The position numbers and the translations under genes were made by a program. A stretch of DNA of 60,235 nucleotides, from the UHGV virus genome UHGV-1364457, one strand, 5' to 3'. Below are positions 35,606 to 45,675 of the stretch, one piece after another. The DNA is from a virus. The notes beneath the pieces were generated by a model, which had not been told where the DNA came from, searched no databases, and was given only the letters and a program-made list of their open reading frames with translations. Numbering within the stretch: position 1 is the first letter of the stretch; the number at the start of each line of letters is the position of its first letter.

Positions 35606-35982
35606 GGCTGTTCTCCTTTGTGGGGGGTTCGTTCCCCGTCTCGTTGAAAACAGAATGAACTTTAATAGTTCTTTTGTCAATCACATTTTGAACTATTTTC
35701 AAACTTTTTTTGTCCACAAAAAAAGCCCGTTTACCGGGCCATGCTGAAAAAAGTTTGCTCAGGGCATGAAAAAAGGCGGCTGCGCGGGGGCAGTCGCCGG
35801 GGTAGGGCAGAGGTATGGGCAAAAGAAAAGGCCAAGAACGAATCCTTGGCCTCATAGCAAGCCCATATGGGCCAAATAGACACTACAGCGGATTGCAATC
35901 TCTCTTCTGTAGCGGCCTGAAGGACGAACCCGCAGGACTTAGGCCACACCATACTGGTGGGCACCGACAGCCTTAATATAGG

Positions 35983-36396
35983 CTAGATCTTTTCAAAGTC
36001 AATGGAGGTTATACCGATAGCCGCCGCTACACAGCGGCGAACTTCGCGCATTTCGGGCTCGCTTAACCTAAGCTTTACATATAATCTATTGCCGAATTTG
36101 TCTTTTCCTTTTGAAGGCATAAAAAGACGCTGAAATCCCACGGCTGAAATCATATCGCCTTTCAGCCAGTGGACTTTAGAGTCATAAGGTGCGGGCAGGG
36201 TCTTAGGGGTATTGATCAGGCAGTGCCAAGGCTGTTGTTCTTCCGGGTCGGTGGTGCTTAATGGTGCAACAAGACACAAACGTGGAGAAACCGAAGATAG
36301 TATGATAACTGGTCTTTTCTTAGTCATTTCAGGTTCTATTCCGCTAAATTCGCATAGAAGAATGGAACCAATTTCAGGTTGAAATTTTATAGCCAT
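35983..36396 (-). CDS. MazF/PemK-family toxin-like protein
   Basis: GSILLCEFSGIEPEMTKKRPVIILSS...LCLVAPLSTTD...YDSKVHWLKGDMISAVGFQRL match the MazF/PemK fold signatures. Lower GC than the backbone. Confidence 0.65.
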   Translation of the reverse strand: MAIKFQPEIGSILLCEFSGIEPEMTKKRPVIILSSVSPRLCLVAPLSTTDPEEQQPWHCLINTPKTLPAPYDSKVHWLKGDMISAVGFQRLFMPSKGKDKFGNRLYVKLRLSEPEMREVRRCVAAAIGITSIDFEKI

Positions 36397-36463
36397 ATCC
36401 TACTTCCCCGCCGCCTTGACCGCCTTCAACGTCTCACGACATTTCTTCGCCGAATCCATACCG

Positions 36464-37201
36464 TCACCAAGTAAGCCCCAATCGTTCAAGGTGTTCTTCG
36501 CGTGTTTCATATTTAGCAATTTTTGTTTCTATTGTTGGTATATTTTCTAATTCGTCACTTACAAATTGATTACTCGTTTTGTAAAGCCAAGAACTATCTT
36601 TTCTCCATGAAGATAAAGCATCAAGTATTTGTTCAGGTTCATATTCAAAAGCATGACATAGGCAAAGAAAATCACTCAAACTAAGTTTATGCGTACCATC
36701 AAAAATATTTTTTGTTTTTTCTATGTTATTTTGAACTGATGGAAAGGCTCTACTTGCTATATCATCTATAGAAAGCATACGTTTTTCTTTTAAAATATTG
36801 AACAATGAAACTGAACTATCATTGTATTCTTGATAAATACTTGGCAAGTCATATACAGGAAATTTGTGTTCACATTTTTTTTGCGTTGGATGAATATTTA
36901 CTAATCTTCCAGCAGTATCGCGTATTTCAAACCTTTCGTTACCAAGAACTTCAATAGCTTTTATATACTTAGCTTTGTTTTGGTAGAATGCCTGTTTTGT
37001 CCCTGCGACTTCAATATACATATCTCTTTCTTCATCGTAAAAGTCTGGGCGATATGTATATTCACCAAAGTCAATTGGCTTAGGTTGGCTTATCCATTTG
37101 TCATGTTTAAAAAAGTTTTCAGCAAAAAAACGTTCATTATCATTTTTTATTTGGGCTATTTTTTCTTCTCTTGTCATTTTATCCCACCTTAGTTTCGTCA
37201 A
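36464..37201 (-). CDS. Low-GC protein: putative PD-(D/E)xK-like N-terminal domain fused to C-terminal XRE-type HTH
   Basis: YRPDFYDEERDMYIEVAGTK is nuclease-core like (tentative). C-terminus LSIDDIASRAFPSVQNNIEKTKNIFDGTHKLSLSDFLCLCHAFEYEP is an XRE HTH. Confidence 0.5.
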   Translation of the reverse strand: MTKLRWDKMTREEKIAQIKNDNERFFAENFFKHDKWISQPKPIDFGEYTYRPDFYDEERDMYIEVAGTKQAFYQNKAKYIKAIEVLGNERFEIRDTAGRLVNIHPTQKKCEHKFPVYDLPSIYQEYNDSSVSLFNILKEKRMLSIDDIASRAFPSVQNNIEKTKNIFDGTHKLSLSDFLCLCHAFEYEPEQILDALSSWRKDSSWLYKTSNQFVSDELENIPTIETKIAKYETREEHLERLGLTW

Positions 37202-37469
37202 TGCGATTTAGAACCACACCAAGAGCTTCTAAAGGGCTTATTCCCAATGCTCTAGCCATTTTGACGAATTCTCCGAGAGACAGAGCGCGAGTTTTTCCAT
37301 TAGCTTGAGGCTTGCGAAGTCTTTGAATAATCATCCGTGCATTCGGAACGCCGGGGAAAACTTCATTCGCCAATGCCTCAACAGAAATTTTGGGCTTAAC
37401 CGAAAGTCGCTTTTCATCAAAAAGGCGCATGGCCTCTTGTTCAATCCTCACTTGCAAGTCCTCGTTCAT
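37179..37469 (-). CDS. XRE-family HTH transcriptional regulator
   Basis: AGGAGG RBS 4 nt before ATG 37469. TRALSLGEFVKMARALGISPLEALGVVL. Overlaps the downstream gene. Confidence 0.55.
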   Translation of the reverse strand: MNEDLQVRIEQEAMRLFDEKRLSVKPKISVEALANEVFPGVPNARMIIQRLRKPQANGKTRALSLGEFVKMARALGISPLEALGVVLNRIDETKVG

Positions 37470-39021
37470 ATGACCTCCTAATATGGAGATCACAAGTTAA
37501 CATCTTTCTGAGTACAAAAAAGTACTTCAAAAAAGCTCTTGACTTATGATCTACCATAGTTCATTTATGCAAGCAAGAGATTTGCAACAGCTATCCCCAT
37601 CCACAGGGCACGCCCAACCGCCCCGCGAAGAAGCGAACAGGAGGGAGTAGGCCACCGCTTAAGGGGCACCAGCATCTGGACGGCTCGATACGGTGGCGGA
37701 TGTTGGGAGGATTATCGGGAACCACGACCCCATGCCCGAAGCGCAGAGACGAGACAGGAGAAGACGCGGGGAAGGCGGCGCATCGGCCGGAAAGCTCCTG
37801 ACCTGTGGCATGATGCAGTGACCGCAGGGGCCATGAAGCGACGGCGGCTCCATACCGGAACCACTACGCGGAAAGGTCATATCTCCCCACAATGGGTAAG
37901 GGGAGACTTTGGCCTTTCGCTCAGGCTCACCACCCGGAAGACCTGAAAGGCTGTAGATACGGGGAAAGCTCAAATGCCTTTGGTTTTTGCCTCTTTGCCT
38001 TTCCTCTTCGGCATATGCCTTCACCTCTTCGCCTACCGAGAGCCAGGGTCAGGGCGGGAACCGCCCTCTTGCCGGAATGGGGAGACGCGGGAAAGATGAA
38101 AAAGGGGCACGGAATCTCAAAAGCCGTTTTCAATTCTTTTTGAGATTCCGGGAAGTTTGAAAAACAAAGCTGAAACAGGACATTCTACCCAACTGTTAAG
38201 TTTTTCTAAACAGTTCGTTCTTTGACAATCAGCCCCGACGATCCGCCCAGTCCGTTCCGGCCCACGTATCCCTCCACAGGGGCGCGTCCCGCAGCGGTGG
38301 TATGGCGGATAGGGAAAACTTCATGGGCGGGCGGCATCGAACCACCCGCCCACATGCGGTTACTGCCCGGAGGAGAGGCACCGGGGCTTCACTGGTTACC
38401 TTTTCAACGCGGCTATGACCGATGCCTAGTTCAATACACCGGGAATCACCACGTCCTAGACCAGCGGCTAGTGTCGAAATCTATCACCGGATGTTTTCAC
38501 ACCCTTACCGCCAACGTCTTGCGCTGGCGGTCGGATAGGAAACCTATTGTACTATTCTGATTCAGCGCACTCTTCGGAAGGGTTCTTTTCACCGGATTTG
38601 TTCACATTACCGAGCATCATGGCTGAAACTGCGGCAAGCTGTGCGTTCATGTCGGTTTCACGCCTTACAAGAGGCTTCAAGATCACTTCTGCGCTAAGTC
38701 CAAGACGACAGGCTGCCAAGGCAATCTGGCGCGAGAGCAGTTTGATTTCTTCATCTTCGATCTGGTTATCCATTGTATTTCCATTATATTGTATATTGTT
38801 ACGCTGCTATGGTCGGTCAACAGCTACCTTGCGTCCTTTCGGAGTACGCCATTCCACATGACGCCTTTTCTCGCACCATACCCCCGAAGGGCACCTTGTC
38901 CTTTGCCTTCTGAATCGGAACGCCGTTCCGTGTTGATGCAGGGAAATGAAGTTGGCTGACATCTCACCATCTTGATGGCTAATGGTTATCCCCGCATCAC
39001 AGGGAACGGCGATATTTGAAC

Positions 39022-39096
39022 GTGGCAGCCGGGGACGGGATCGAACCGTCGATCACAGGGTCAAAGCCTGTTGCCGTAACCGCTTGGCTACCCGGC
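39022..39096 (-). tRNA. tRNA-Gln (anticodon TTG)
   Basis: Acceptor AGCCGGG/CCCGGCT. Anticodon loop CTTTGAC. T-arm GACGG-TTCGATC-CCGTC. CCA encoded. Confidence 0.6.
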
Positions 39097-39307
39097 TGTG
39101 TTTGCGGCTTCATAGCTGGCCCGGAGACGTACTCCGGGCCTTGGCGCGAACTATCTTAATTATATATGATTATTACTACATACGCTGGCCTTTTCAGCGC
39201 GTAGCGGGATCATATTGGCAATTAAGAGAGCTTCGCCTAGCAAAAGGGACATAGGAACCTCTCTTGCTGGCCTTGTCGGGCCAGCTATAAAGCCACAAAC
39301 GCTATTC

Positions 39308-39396
39308 ACTTTTCAATCTGGCGGACGGGGTGGGATTCGAACCCACGGATGCTTTCACATCGGCGGTTTTCAAGACCGCTGCCTTCATCCTCTCGG
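39308..39396 (-). tRNA. tRNA-Ser (anticodon TGA), long variable arm
   Basis: 89 nt. Anticodon loop CTTGAAA. T-arm GTGGG-TTCGAAT-CCCAC. CCA encoded. Confidence 0.6.
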
Positions 39397-39398
39397 CA

Positions 39399-39499
39399 AC
39401 CCGTCCCTTTGGTTCCGGGTAAGGGACTCGAACCCTTAAGGAGTATGGGTAACTACCCACTCTCTCCACATTTTGAATGTGGTGCGTCTTCCTATGTCC
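39399..39499 (-). tRNA. Atypical ~101-nt type-II tRNA-like, anticodon CAA (Leu?)
   Basis: D-arm TGGCGGACATAGGAAGACGC is Leu-like. Anticodon loop TTCAAAA. About 28-nt variable region with a 6-bp stem. One acceptor mismatch (G7-A66). Confidence 0.45.
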
Positions 39500-39502
39500 G
39501 CC

Positions 39503-39579
39503 ACCCCGGAATTTGGTGCCACCCGTGGGAGTCGAACCCACACTAGACGGGGCTTAAACCCGTTGCCTCTGCCGATTGC
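39503..39579 (-). tRNA. Atypical 77-nt type-I tRNA-like with anticodon TAA (Leu-decoding anticodon on a short scaffold)
   Basis: Acceptor and T-arm pair well. Anticodon stem ACGGG/CCCGT, loop TTTAAGC. D-stem pairing is weak. Confidence 0.4.
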
Positions 39580-39592
39580 GCTAGAGTGGCTT

Positions 39593-39668
39593 GTGGTGGG
39601 AATGTCGGGATTTGAACCCGAAACCCGCAGATTATGAGTCTGACGCTCTGCCAATTGAGCTACATTCC
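39593..39668 (-). tRNA. tRNA-Met (anticodon CAT)
   Basis: D-arm TAGCTCAATTGGCAGAGCG. Loop CTCATAA. T-arm TCGGG-TTCAAAT-CCCGA. CCA encoded. Confidence 0.6.
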
Positions 39669-40178
39669 CTATTGGTCTACGTCCTGTTGCTGTTCCTGAA
39701 CCTCACCAGTCTCACGGGCCTCTTTCGAGCTTTCCGGGCGGCCTCTTGCTCCGCCCACCGTATCGCTACGGCCTTCATGCCGCCCAAACTGGCTTCCTCC
39801 GTCCGGGGCTTTCTGGCTACTTTCCGGCTAGGTGCCGGGCGTGTTCGCCTTCCCCGTTCGTCGTGAGAACAGTGTGCGATACTTCGAACAGTATGTCAAG
39901 AAAATCGTTCGATACATCGAATGATAAGATCAAAAAAAATCCCTACTCGGTGGAGTAGGGAAATATTTTCAACATCCTATAGAGTCCAAGTAAGCAAATG
40001 GGTCTAATTCTTGGGGAACCTCACCGTAACAGAATAAGGCTTTCCGTAATAAGCGGTAACAATGCGTTAAAACAAAATCTTTTTTCTCCCCAACAAGTAG
40101 TGATTCAGATACTCTTTTGAAAATTTTTTTATAAATTTTAGCTATTTTCCGTTCAACATCCTTTTTGGCACGCGCAAT

Positions 40179-40222
<44 letters not shown>

Positions 40223-40376
40223 GAGGGGATAGGAGAAGTATAGAGCGTTTCTACAGAAGAAAAAGAGCGAAGTTTAGACATGGGGATGCTCCTTTGAGTG
40301 AGTTTAATTATTAATCATGTGATACATATTATACGGCTTGCTGATCTATTAGATAAGATGTTATACTCTTTATATC

Positions 40377-40724
40377 TTGATGATAATAATGGATGAACGC
40401 ACAACCAATAAAAAATCCCGCATGGAGCGGGAAGGACACAATATGGAATCCAGCAATGAAGATCGTATTATTTCTTTGTTAGAAGATATTAAGAATATTT
40501 TACTCTCTCAGAGAGATTTGTACTTATACTATAACACGCAAGAATATCATCATGCTATTTTCGGAAAAGAACAAGATAGATCATATGTATTGCATACAAT
40601 GTACCCGGAACCTTTCGGTATATTGACACAACGCGGTAAAATTCCTGCCCCTTTATTTATGCAACCTTTTTTTGAAAACGCACTAGAAAATATAACTAAA
40701 TTTTACAATAAGGATAAAGAATAA
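40377..40724 (+). CDS. Low-GC hypothetical protein
   Basis: 115 aa, about 33% GC. Confidence 0.4.
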   Translation: MMIIMDERTTNKKSRMEREGHNMESSNEDRIISLLEDIKNILLSQRDLYLYYNTQEYHHAIFGKEQDRSYVLHTMYPEPFGILTQRGKIPAPLFMQPFFENALENITKFYNKDKE

Positions 40725-41146
40725 TATTGTACGTATTAAATCCACAAAACCATGATCGTTTTATTTTTATTTCTATTTCATATTTACATTTCCCATTTGA
40801 TAATAAACAATTAAATTTATATTTTTGATTTTTATATAAAACTTTTTGAATATTTTTTACATTTCCAATTTTTATGTACTCTTTAAATTGTCCAGTATTT
40901 GGGTCTATTTCTTCTGAGTTTTCGATAATATAGAATCCCTTAATAGATAAGGCTTTACATATAGTTATGGGTTTTGACGAAGTATTATATAGAGTTTACT
41001 TATCTTCAAGAATCAAACCTATATTCTGATTTGCTTTGAATGTAAGGTATACTGTAGCACAAGCTGTTACTATTCCAGCAATATCAGCAATCGTTATACT
41101 ATAAGACATAACATCATTCCCCGCCCTGTGCGGTTTTTTTTAACAA

Positions 41147-41593
41147 CTATCCATCATGTTTATTTTTATTCTTTGATACATTGAGTAATGACTCGTACTG
41201 TTCTATACGGAGTTTTTTTTCTTCTAAAAGTTCTTTCAGATAATCATTTTGTTCTTTTATTAGGTCGTATCGTTCTTTGAGCGATTTTAATTCTGAATCG
41301 CATTCTGATGGAACTTCTCCCGGCAAAAAAACTTTTACCCCTAACTTATCAAGCCAAGAACAGAAAGTATCCGCCTTCGATATATTGATAAAACGTAACA
41401 CACCGCTGAGTGTGGAATCTCCTACACCCAAAAGCCTTGCTGTTGCATTCTGTCCTCCGTAAAGAGGAATAATATCTGTTTCTATCCATCTTATAATACG
41501 TTTATATGTATTACTTTTCACTTCTTGAGGCACTTTCGACGACTTAAAAAGCGCAGCTTTTTGGGGGTCTCTTCTTTCTTTTGTGTAGGTCAT
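41147..41593 (-). CDS. CI-like repressor candidate (HTH plus C-terminal coiled coil)
   Basis: GAGGAGG RBS before ATG 41593. GQNATARLLGVGDSTLSGVL HTH. Divergent from a Cro-like gene. Confidence 0.5.
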   Translation of the reverse strand: MTYTKERRDPQKAALFKSSKVPQEVKSNTYKRIIRWIETDIIPLYGGQNATARLLGVGDSTLSGVLRFINISKADTFCSWLDKLGVKVFLPGEVPSECDSELKSLKERYDLIKEQNDYLKELLEEKKLRIEQYESLLNVSKNKNKHDG

Positions 41594-41695
41594 AGCAAGC
41601 CTCCTCATCACTGCATAGCAGAATATGCGAAAATTCGTACACCAAAACTTCGAATAATTATTGCTTTTTCATGCGAACTACCGCATAATGCAGCC

Positions 41696-41941
41696 ATGAA
41701 TGCAAAGCAACTAGTCAAGAAACATTTAGAATCAAGCGGCGAATCCATTCAGTCCTTTGTAGAGAGGGCAGATGTGGGGCGTTCAAGCTACTATGACTTG
41801 ATGCTAGACAGGCACGTGACAACTGTTCCTGTTCTACAAAAAATTTTAAGAGCTTGCGGGTATAAACTGACTATAACGCCTATCCCCACAGCCGCCCCCA
41901 ATACTCCCAACGAATGCAAAGAGGCATCCTGCAATGAGTAA
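41696..41941 (+). CDS. Cro-like HTH regulator candidate
   Basis: 81 aa, start chosen inside ORF 41525..41941. ...GESIQSFVERADVGRSSYYDL.... Confidence 0.45.
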   Translation: MNAKQLVKKHLESSGESIQSFVERADVGRSSYYDLMLDRHVTTVPVLQKILRACGYKLTITPIPTAAPNTPNECKEASCNE

Positions 41942-42188
41942 CATCTTGATAGGAATTGTTGTGGCCCTTGTTATGCTCGTCGTCTTTGCCCCTACCGACT
42001 AACCGCGCCGCGCATCTCTGTACCACCTCTTCCGGTTCTGGGTACTCCGCTACTCGGTAGCTTTTCCAGAAAATGGAGCCACGAAAGAGGATGCGGACAC
42101 GCCAGACGGCACGACGCCGGGTGATGAGTAGGTGAACGGTTTCCATGAGGCCAGAATACGGATTCTAAGCATTAGAAGGAAAAATAAT

Positions 42189-42725
42189 ATGAGCGAAGTT
42201 TCCCAACGCATCGCGCGCATCATGCACAGGCAATGCTGCCAGTATCCGGGCGGCATTCAGGCCATCGCCAGAATCCTTTCTCAGGAAGACGGGCGGGCTG
42301 AATCCACCATCTACAACGATCTTAGCCCGAACATGAAGCAACGGCCCAATGGCGAGTTGAAAGAGCCTCAACCCAAGGTTTCAGATCTGATCCGGGTACA
42401 GGAACTTGTCGGAAACCTGGATGCGCTGAATGTCTTGAATGCGCATTTTGGAATGGTTGCTGTGAGCATGAGCGCGATTCATCCCGATATGCCCACGGTC
42501 GAAACGGAAATGCTCCAAGATGTGCCTTCCGTGGTCGAGCTGCATAAGGCTATCGACGAATACCTTGCGGGTAAGTGTGGTCAGGAAAAGGTTCTTGCCG
42601 CCCTTGATTTCGCTACCCAAGACCTTCGGCAAACGGTTGTTCGCGCGTTCGAGAATGAGCCCAAATCCGGACATATTTTCAGGCAGGGGCAAGGTTGGGT
42701 TCCTGTCAAACAAGCGAGGCAGTAA
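42189..42725 (+). CDS. Putative CII-like regulatory protein
   Basis: Position downstream of the Cro-like gene. AGGA RBS. Confidence 0.35.
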   Translation: MSEVSQRIARIMHRQCCQYPGGIQAIARILSQEDGRAESTIYNDLSPNMKQRPNGELKEPQPKVSDLIRVQELVGNLDALNVLNAHFGMVAVSMSAIHPDMPTVETEMLQDVPSVVELHKAIDEYLAGKCGQEKVLAALDFATQDLRQTVVRAFENEPKSGHIFRQGQGWVPVKQARQ

Positions 42726-42727
42726 CC

Positions 42728-43213
42728 ATGCAAAAATGCCAGCTTTGCGGAAGGTGGATCAGGGGGAAAAAGGCGGATCATGTTTGTCCTCCGCCTCTTG
42801 ACCCCCGTACCTGCCCCATATGCGGACAGGTATTCACCCCGCTTAAGGATTCGCAGATATGCTGCTCAATAAAGTGCGGCAGGATAAGGCAAAAGCGGGA
42901 AAGTTACGAGCGGGTGCGTCAGTTCAGAGAGAAGGAAAAAGAGGATAGGGAGACAAGGCGTTGTGCCATATGTGAGGAAGAATTTATCCCGCGTAGTCAC
43001 AACCAATTGGTATGTGAAAAGCAATCATGCAGGGCAGAATACAAGAAGCGGTATGATGCCGCCCGATACAAAGGGGATTTTACTCCTGCACCTTGGTACG
43101 GGCAATTCTGTATGCCTGATCCTTACCAAGGGAAGAAGCTGTACTTCGACGGACTGCATAGCGTCCGGGGGAGTATGCCGGGAAGGGCCGCAGATCCGGT
43201 TCTGGGGTTTTGA
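42728..43213 (+). CDS. Multi-zinc-ribbon protein
   Basis: Four CxxC pairs (CQLCGR, CPICGQ, CCSIKCGR, CAICEE...CEKQSC). Confidence 0.45.
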   Translation: MQKCQLCGRWIRGKKADHVCPPPLDPRTCPICGQVFTPLKDSQICCSIKCGRIRQKRESYERVRQFREKEKEDRETRRCAICEEEFIPRSHNQLVCEKQSCRAEYKKRYDAARYKGDFTPAPWYGQFCMPDPYQGKKLYFDGLHSVRGSMPGRAADPVLGF

Positions 43214-43476
43214 TATGTCGCTCCATTGCCGTCACCGCCTCCCCACTCCGCAAGCCGCAGGGTACGAGACGAAAGAGGCATTGCTGGAGGCTATCAGCGC
43301 ATTTCCGCACTTGAGGCCATGCCCAAAAGCTAACTGGTGGTGGCTCGACAAGAAGCGATGCCAGAAGTGCCGGAACAGGGTTGAAGTGAAGCTTAATGCT
43401 TCTAAGGCATAGGCAAAAGAAAAGGCCCGATGCGGGAACACCGGGCCAAACATAAAACCAACTCAATGGGTGAATT

Positions 43477-44427
43477 ATGGACGAAACATTCCGTAAAGTC
43501 AATGACGAAAGAGGTTATTTTAAAGTTTGGCGCAAGGTTGAGGACAACAAGTCTTGGAGCCGGGGCGCGCTATATCGTGGGCTCATGATCACTATTCTCC
43601 AAAAAGCAAACTGGAAAAAAGGCTACTTCCACGGGTACGAAATACAGCCCGGACAAATGGCTTTTTCAGGTTCATGCCTTGCCTCTGAACTGAATATTCC
43701 CCGTCCATCGGTTGTTCGTATGTTGGGGATCTTGGAGTCAGACGGGTTCATACAGCGCTCAAACATGAACAACAGATATACACTAATTACGGTTGTAAAT
43801 TGGAATAGTTACCAAGCGAATGATGAAGAGCGTGAACAACCAATGAGCAATCAGCGGTCAATCGATGGTCGACCAGTGAACACTATCAAAGAATTAAAGA
43901 AAGAAAGAATAAATACAGGGTGTGTGCTTAACGCGTGCGCGCGCGTTGAACGCTCGGAGGAAAATCAGGAGACGGAAAACATCCCTTCCCGTCAGCCCTC
44001 GTTGGCCTTTGACGAGTTCTTCGAAGCCTACCCGGTGCAGCATCGTGGCGGAAGGATTGAGGCCGAAAAAGCATGGGTAGCGCTTGAGGCAAAACGTGTT
44101 CTTCCCGGTCTTCCCAAACTCTTCGATGCGCTTGCGGTGTGGGAAGATTCTCCGGACTGGAAAGAGCAGGGAGGACGGTATGTGCCCACGCTTGAAAACT
44201 TCCTTGCCCGTGAATACTGGCTGAGAGTCCCAAAAGACCGTACGGCGCGCTCCAGCCCCGGATTTCAAGAGCGTCCAAAGGCGAACACAGTGGCACAGAA
44301 ACAAGCACAAGATAACGACGATATGGCGAAAATGCTTTTACAGGCAAGGAGGGCTCAACATGCACAACCCGGACTTCATGCTTCAACTGCTGGTCAATCT
44401 GGCGCTGCATTACCCGCAGGCAGGTAG
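43477..44427 (+). CDS. Putative replication initiation / replisome organiser protein (N-terminal wHTH)
   Basis: SGSCLASELNIPRPSVVRMLGILESDGFIQRS is wHTH-like. Confidence 0.5.
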   Translation: MDETFRKVNDERGYFKVWRKVEDNKSWSRGALYRGLMITILQKANWKKGYFHGYEIQPGQMAFSGSCLASELNIPRPSVVRMLGILESDGFIQRSNMNNRYTLITVVNWNSYQANDEEREQPMSNQRSIDGRPVNTIKELKKERINTGCVLNACARVERSEENQETENIPSRQPSLAFDEFFEAYPVQHRGGRIEAEKAWVALEAKRVLPGLPKLFDALAVWEDSPDWKEQGGRYVPTLENFLAREYWLRVPKDRTARSSPGFQERPKANTVAQKQAQDNDDMAKMLLQARRAQHAQPGLHASTAGQSGAALPAGR

Positions 44428-44788
44428 GACGCCCGCCCAGTTGCAGATTTTGGCTGAGGATTGGGCCGAAGACCTCTCGGAGTTTTCTCCCTGTGTGGTG
44501 GAAAAGGCCGTAAAGCGATACCGCTGCAATTCGGCTTACTTCCCGACTGTGGCCGACATCTGGGCACATTGCGACGAATTGCGGCGGGGAGAAACGGCGC
44601 AGGCCGATGCACTGGCACTTCCTGAGCAAACAAAGACGTTCGATGAGCGTTGCGAAGAGGGCGCCGACTGGTGCGCGAAGATTCTCGCCAACCTGCGGGG
44701 GAAGATGGACGCCCGGAAGCAGGGAAGGCCGGATATGCCCTTGAACGAACAGCTTGCCAATCTCCGGGCGTTGGGGGTGGAGCAGTGA
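44360..44788 (+). CDS. Hypothetical replication-module protein
   Basis: AGGAGGG RBS 7 nt before ATG 44360. Confidence 0.45.
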   Translation: MHNPDFMLQLLVNLALHYPQAGRTPAQLQILAEDWAEDLSEFSPCVVEKAVKRYRCNSAYFPTVADIWAHCDELRRGETAQADALALPEQTKTFDERCEEGADWCAKILANLRGKMDARKQGRPDMPLNEQLANLRALGVEQ

Positions 44789-45078
44789 GTACAGCGCAAA
44801 ACCCGATAATGTCGGCTGCATGGGCGGACTTCATCATGTGGTGCGAGGAACAGCCCGAAACAGTAGCCGCGTTCAATGCCGAAACAGGCCGGGCATACAT
44901 GAAGCCGAAACCGCCCATCGAAGCCATGATTGACGACGCTACAGGCAAAGCTCAGGACGACGCTTTCGCTTTTGCCCGGTGGGTTACTGAGAATCATTGG
45001 GGCATGGAATACGCCCCGGAAGCATTCCGCGAAGAATGCGAGAGAAGAGACAGGGAGGAAGGAAATGGCAGAGCCTAA
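44785..45078 (+). CDS. Hypothetical protein (GTG start)
   Basis: GGGGTGGAG before GTG 44785. Abuts the upstream stop. Confidence 0.35.
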   Translation: MSTAQNPIMSAAWADFIMWCEEQPETVAAFNAETGRAYMKPKPPIEAMIDDATGKAQDDAFAFARWVTENHWGMEYAPEAFREECERRDREEGNGRA

Positions 45079-45304
45079 ATTTAAATGGGAAAGCGTAGGC
45101 GTTATACATGTATGCCCCTTTGGTGCTTTGATTGGTGAAGATGGAAAAGAATTCTGGGCATTTCCCGCAAGTTCAAAAAAATTAATATTTCCTCCCATGA
45201 CTCTCAAAGAAGCGAAAATAAAATTTGAACGTATAGCACGCAGAAAAGCGAAAATAATGCTCAAAAAAGCAAAGGAAATTCTCGAAAAGTTGGGGGATGC
45301 ATGA
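45065..45304 (+). CDS. Hypothetical small protein
   Basis: GGGAGGAAGGAA RBS before ATG 45065. Confidence 0.4.
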   Translation: MAEPKFKWESVGVIHVCPFGALIGEDGKEFWAFPASSKKLIFPPMTLKEAKIKFERIARRKAKIMLKKAKEILEKLGDA

Positions 45305-45675
45305 TGGAAACCGTACGCCTTGAGCTACCTATCCCGCCGCTCGTCAACCACTACTGGCGGCACATTACCATCAAGGGCACCCCAAGAACGCTCATATCTG
45401 CCCGTGGACGCGATTTTAGAAAAAACGTGATGCAGATTGTGGGTGATGAAAAGAAGGCTCTAAAAATCGATTCTCGCGTCAAAGTCAATGTGGTTGTTTG
45501 CCCGCCAGATCGCCGTAAGAGAGATATTGACGGGTATCTGAAAGCCCTTCTTGATTCCCTTACCCACGCCGGGGTGTGGCTGGACGATGAGCAAGTCGAT
45601 TCGATTTACATCACACGCGGAGAAGTGGTGAAGGGTGGAAAGGCTGTTGTCGAGATCCTGCCGATGGAGGTGTGA
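45301..45675 (+). CDS. rusA: RusA-family Holliday junction resolvase
   Basis: RusA-like sequence (LELPIPPLVNHYWRH...DIDGYLKALLDSLTHAGVWLDDEQV). ATGA coupling. Confidence 0.7.
   Translation: MMETVRLELPIPPLVNHYWRHITIKGTPRTLISARGRDFRKNVMQIVGDEKKALKIDSRVKVNVVVCPPDRRKRDIDGYLKALLDSLTHAGVWLDDEQVDSIYITRGEVVKGGKAVVEILPMEV

Noticed and set aside
37560-38560. tmRNA, RNase P RNA, or a protein gene (ORF 37659..38024 and others) in the 1.5 kb GC-rich stretch
   Set aside because: I found no tag-peptide reading frame, no resume-codon context and no tmRNA-like pseudoknots by eye. The RNase P P4 consensus (AGGAAAGTCCGGGCTCC / ACAGAACCCGGCTTA) was not found on either strand. The ORF translations are low-complexity. 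Left as an unexplained stretch with no credible ORF.
43928-45264. Minus-strand ORFs of 297, 184 and 242 aa across the replication region
   Set aside because: Antisense to co-directional plus-strand genes with good RBSs (43477..44427, 44360..44788, 45065..45304). P/R/S-rich translations.
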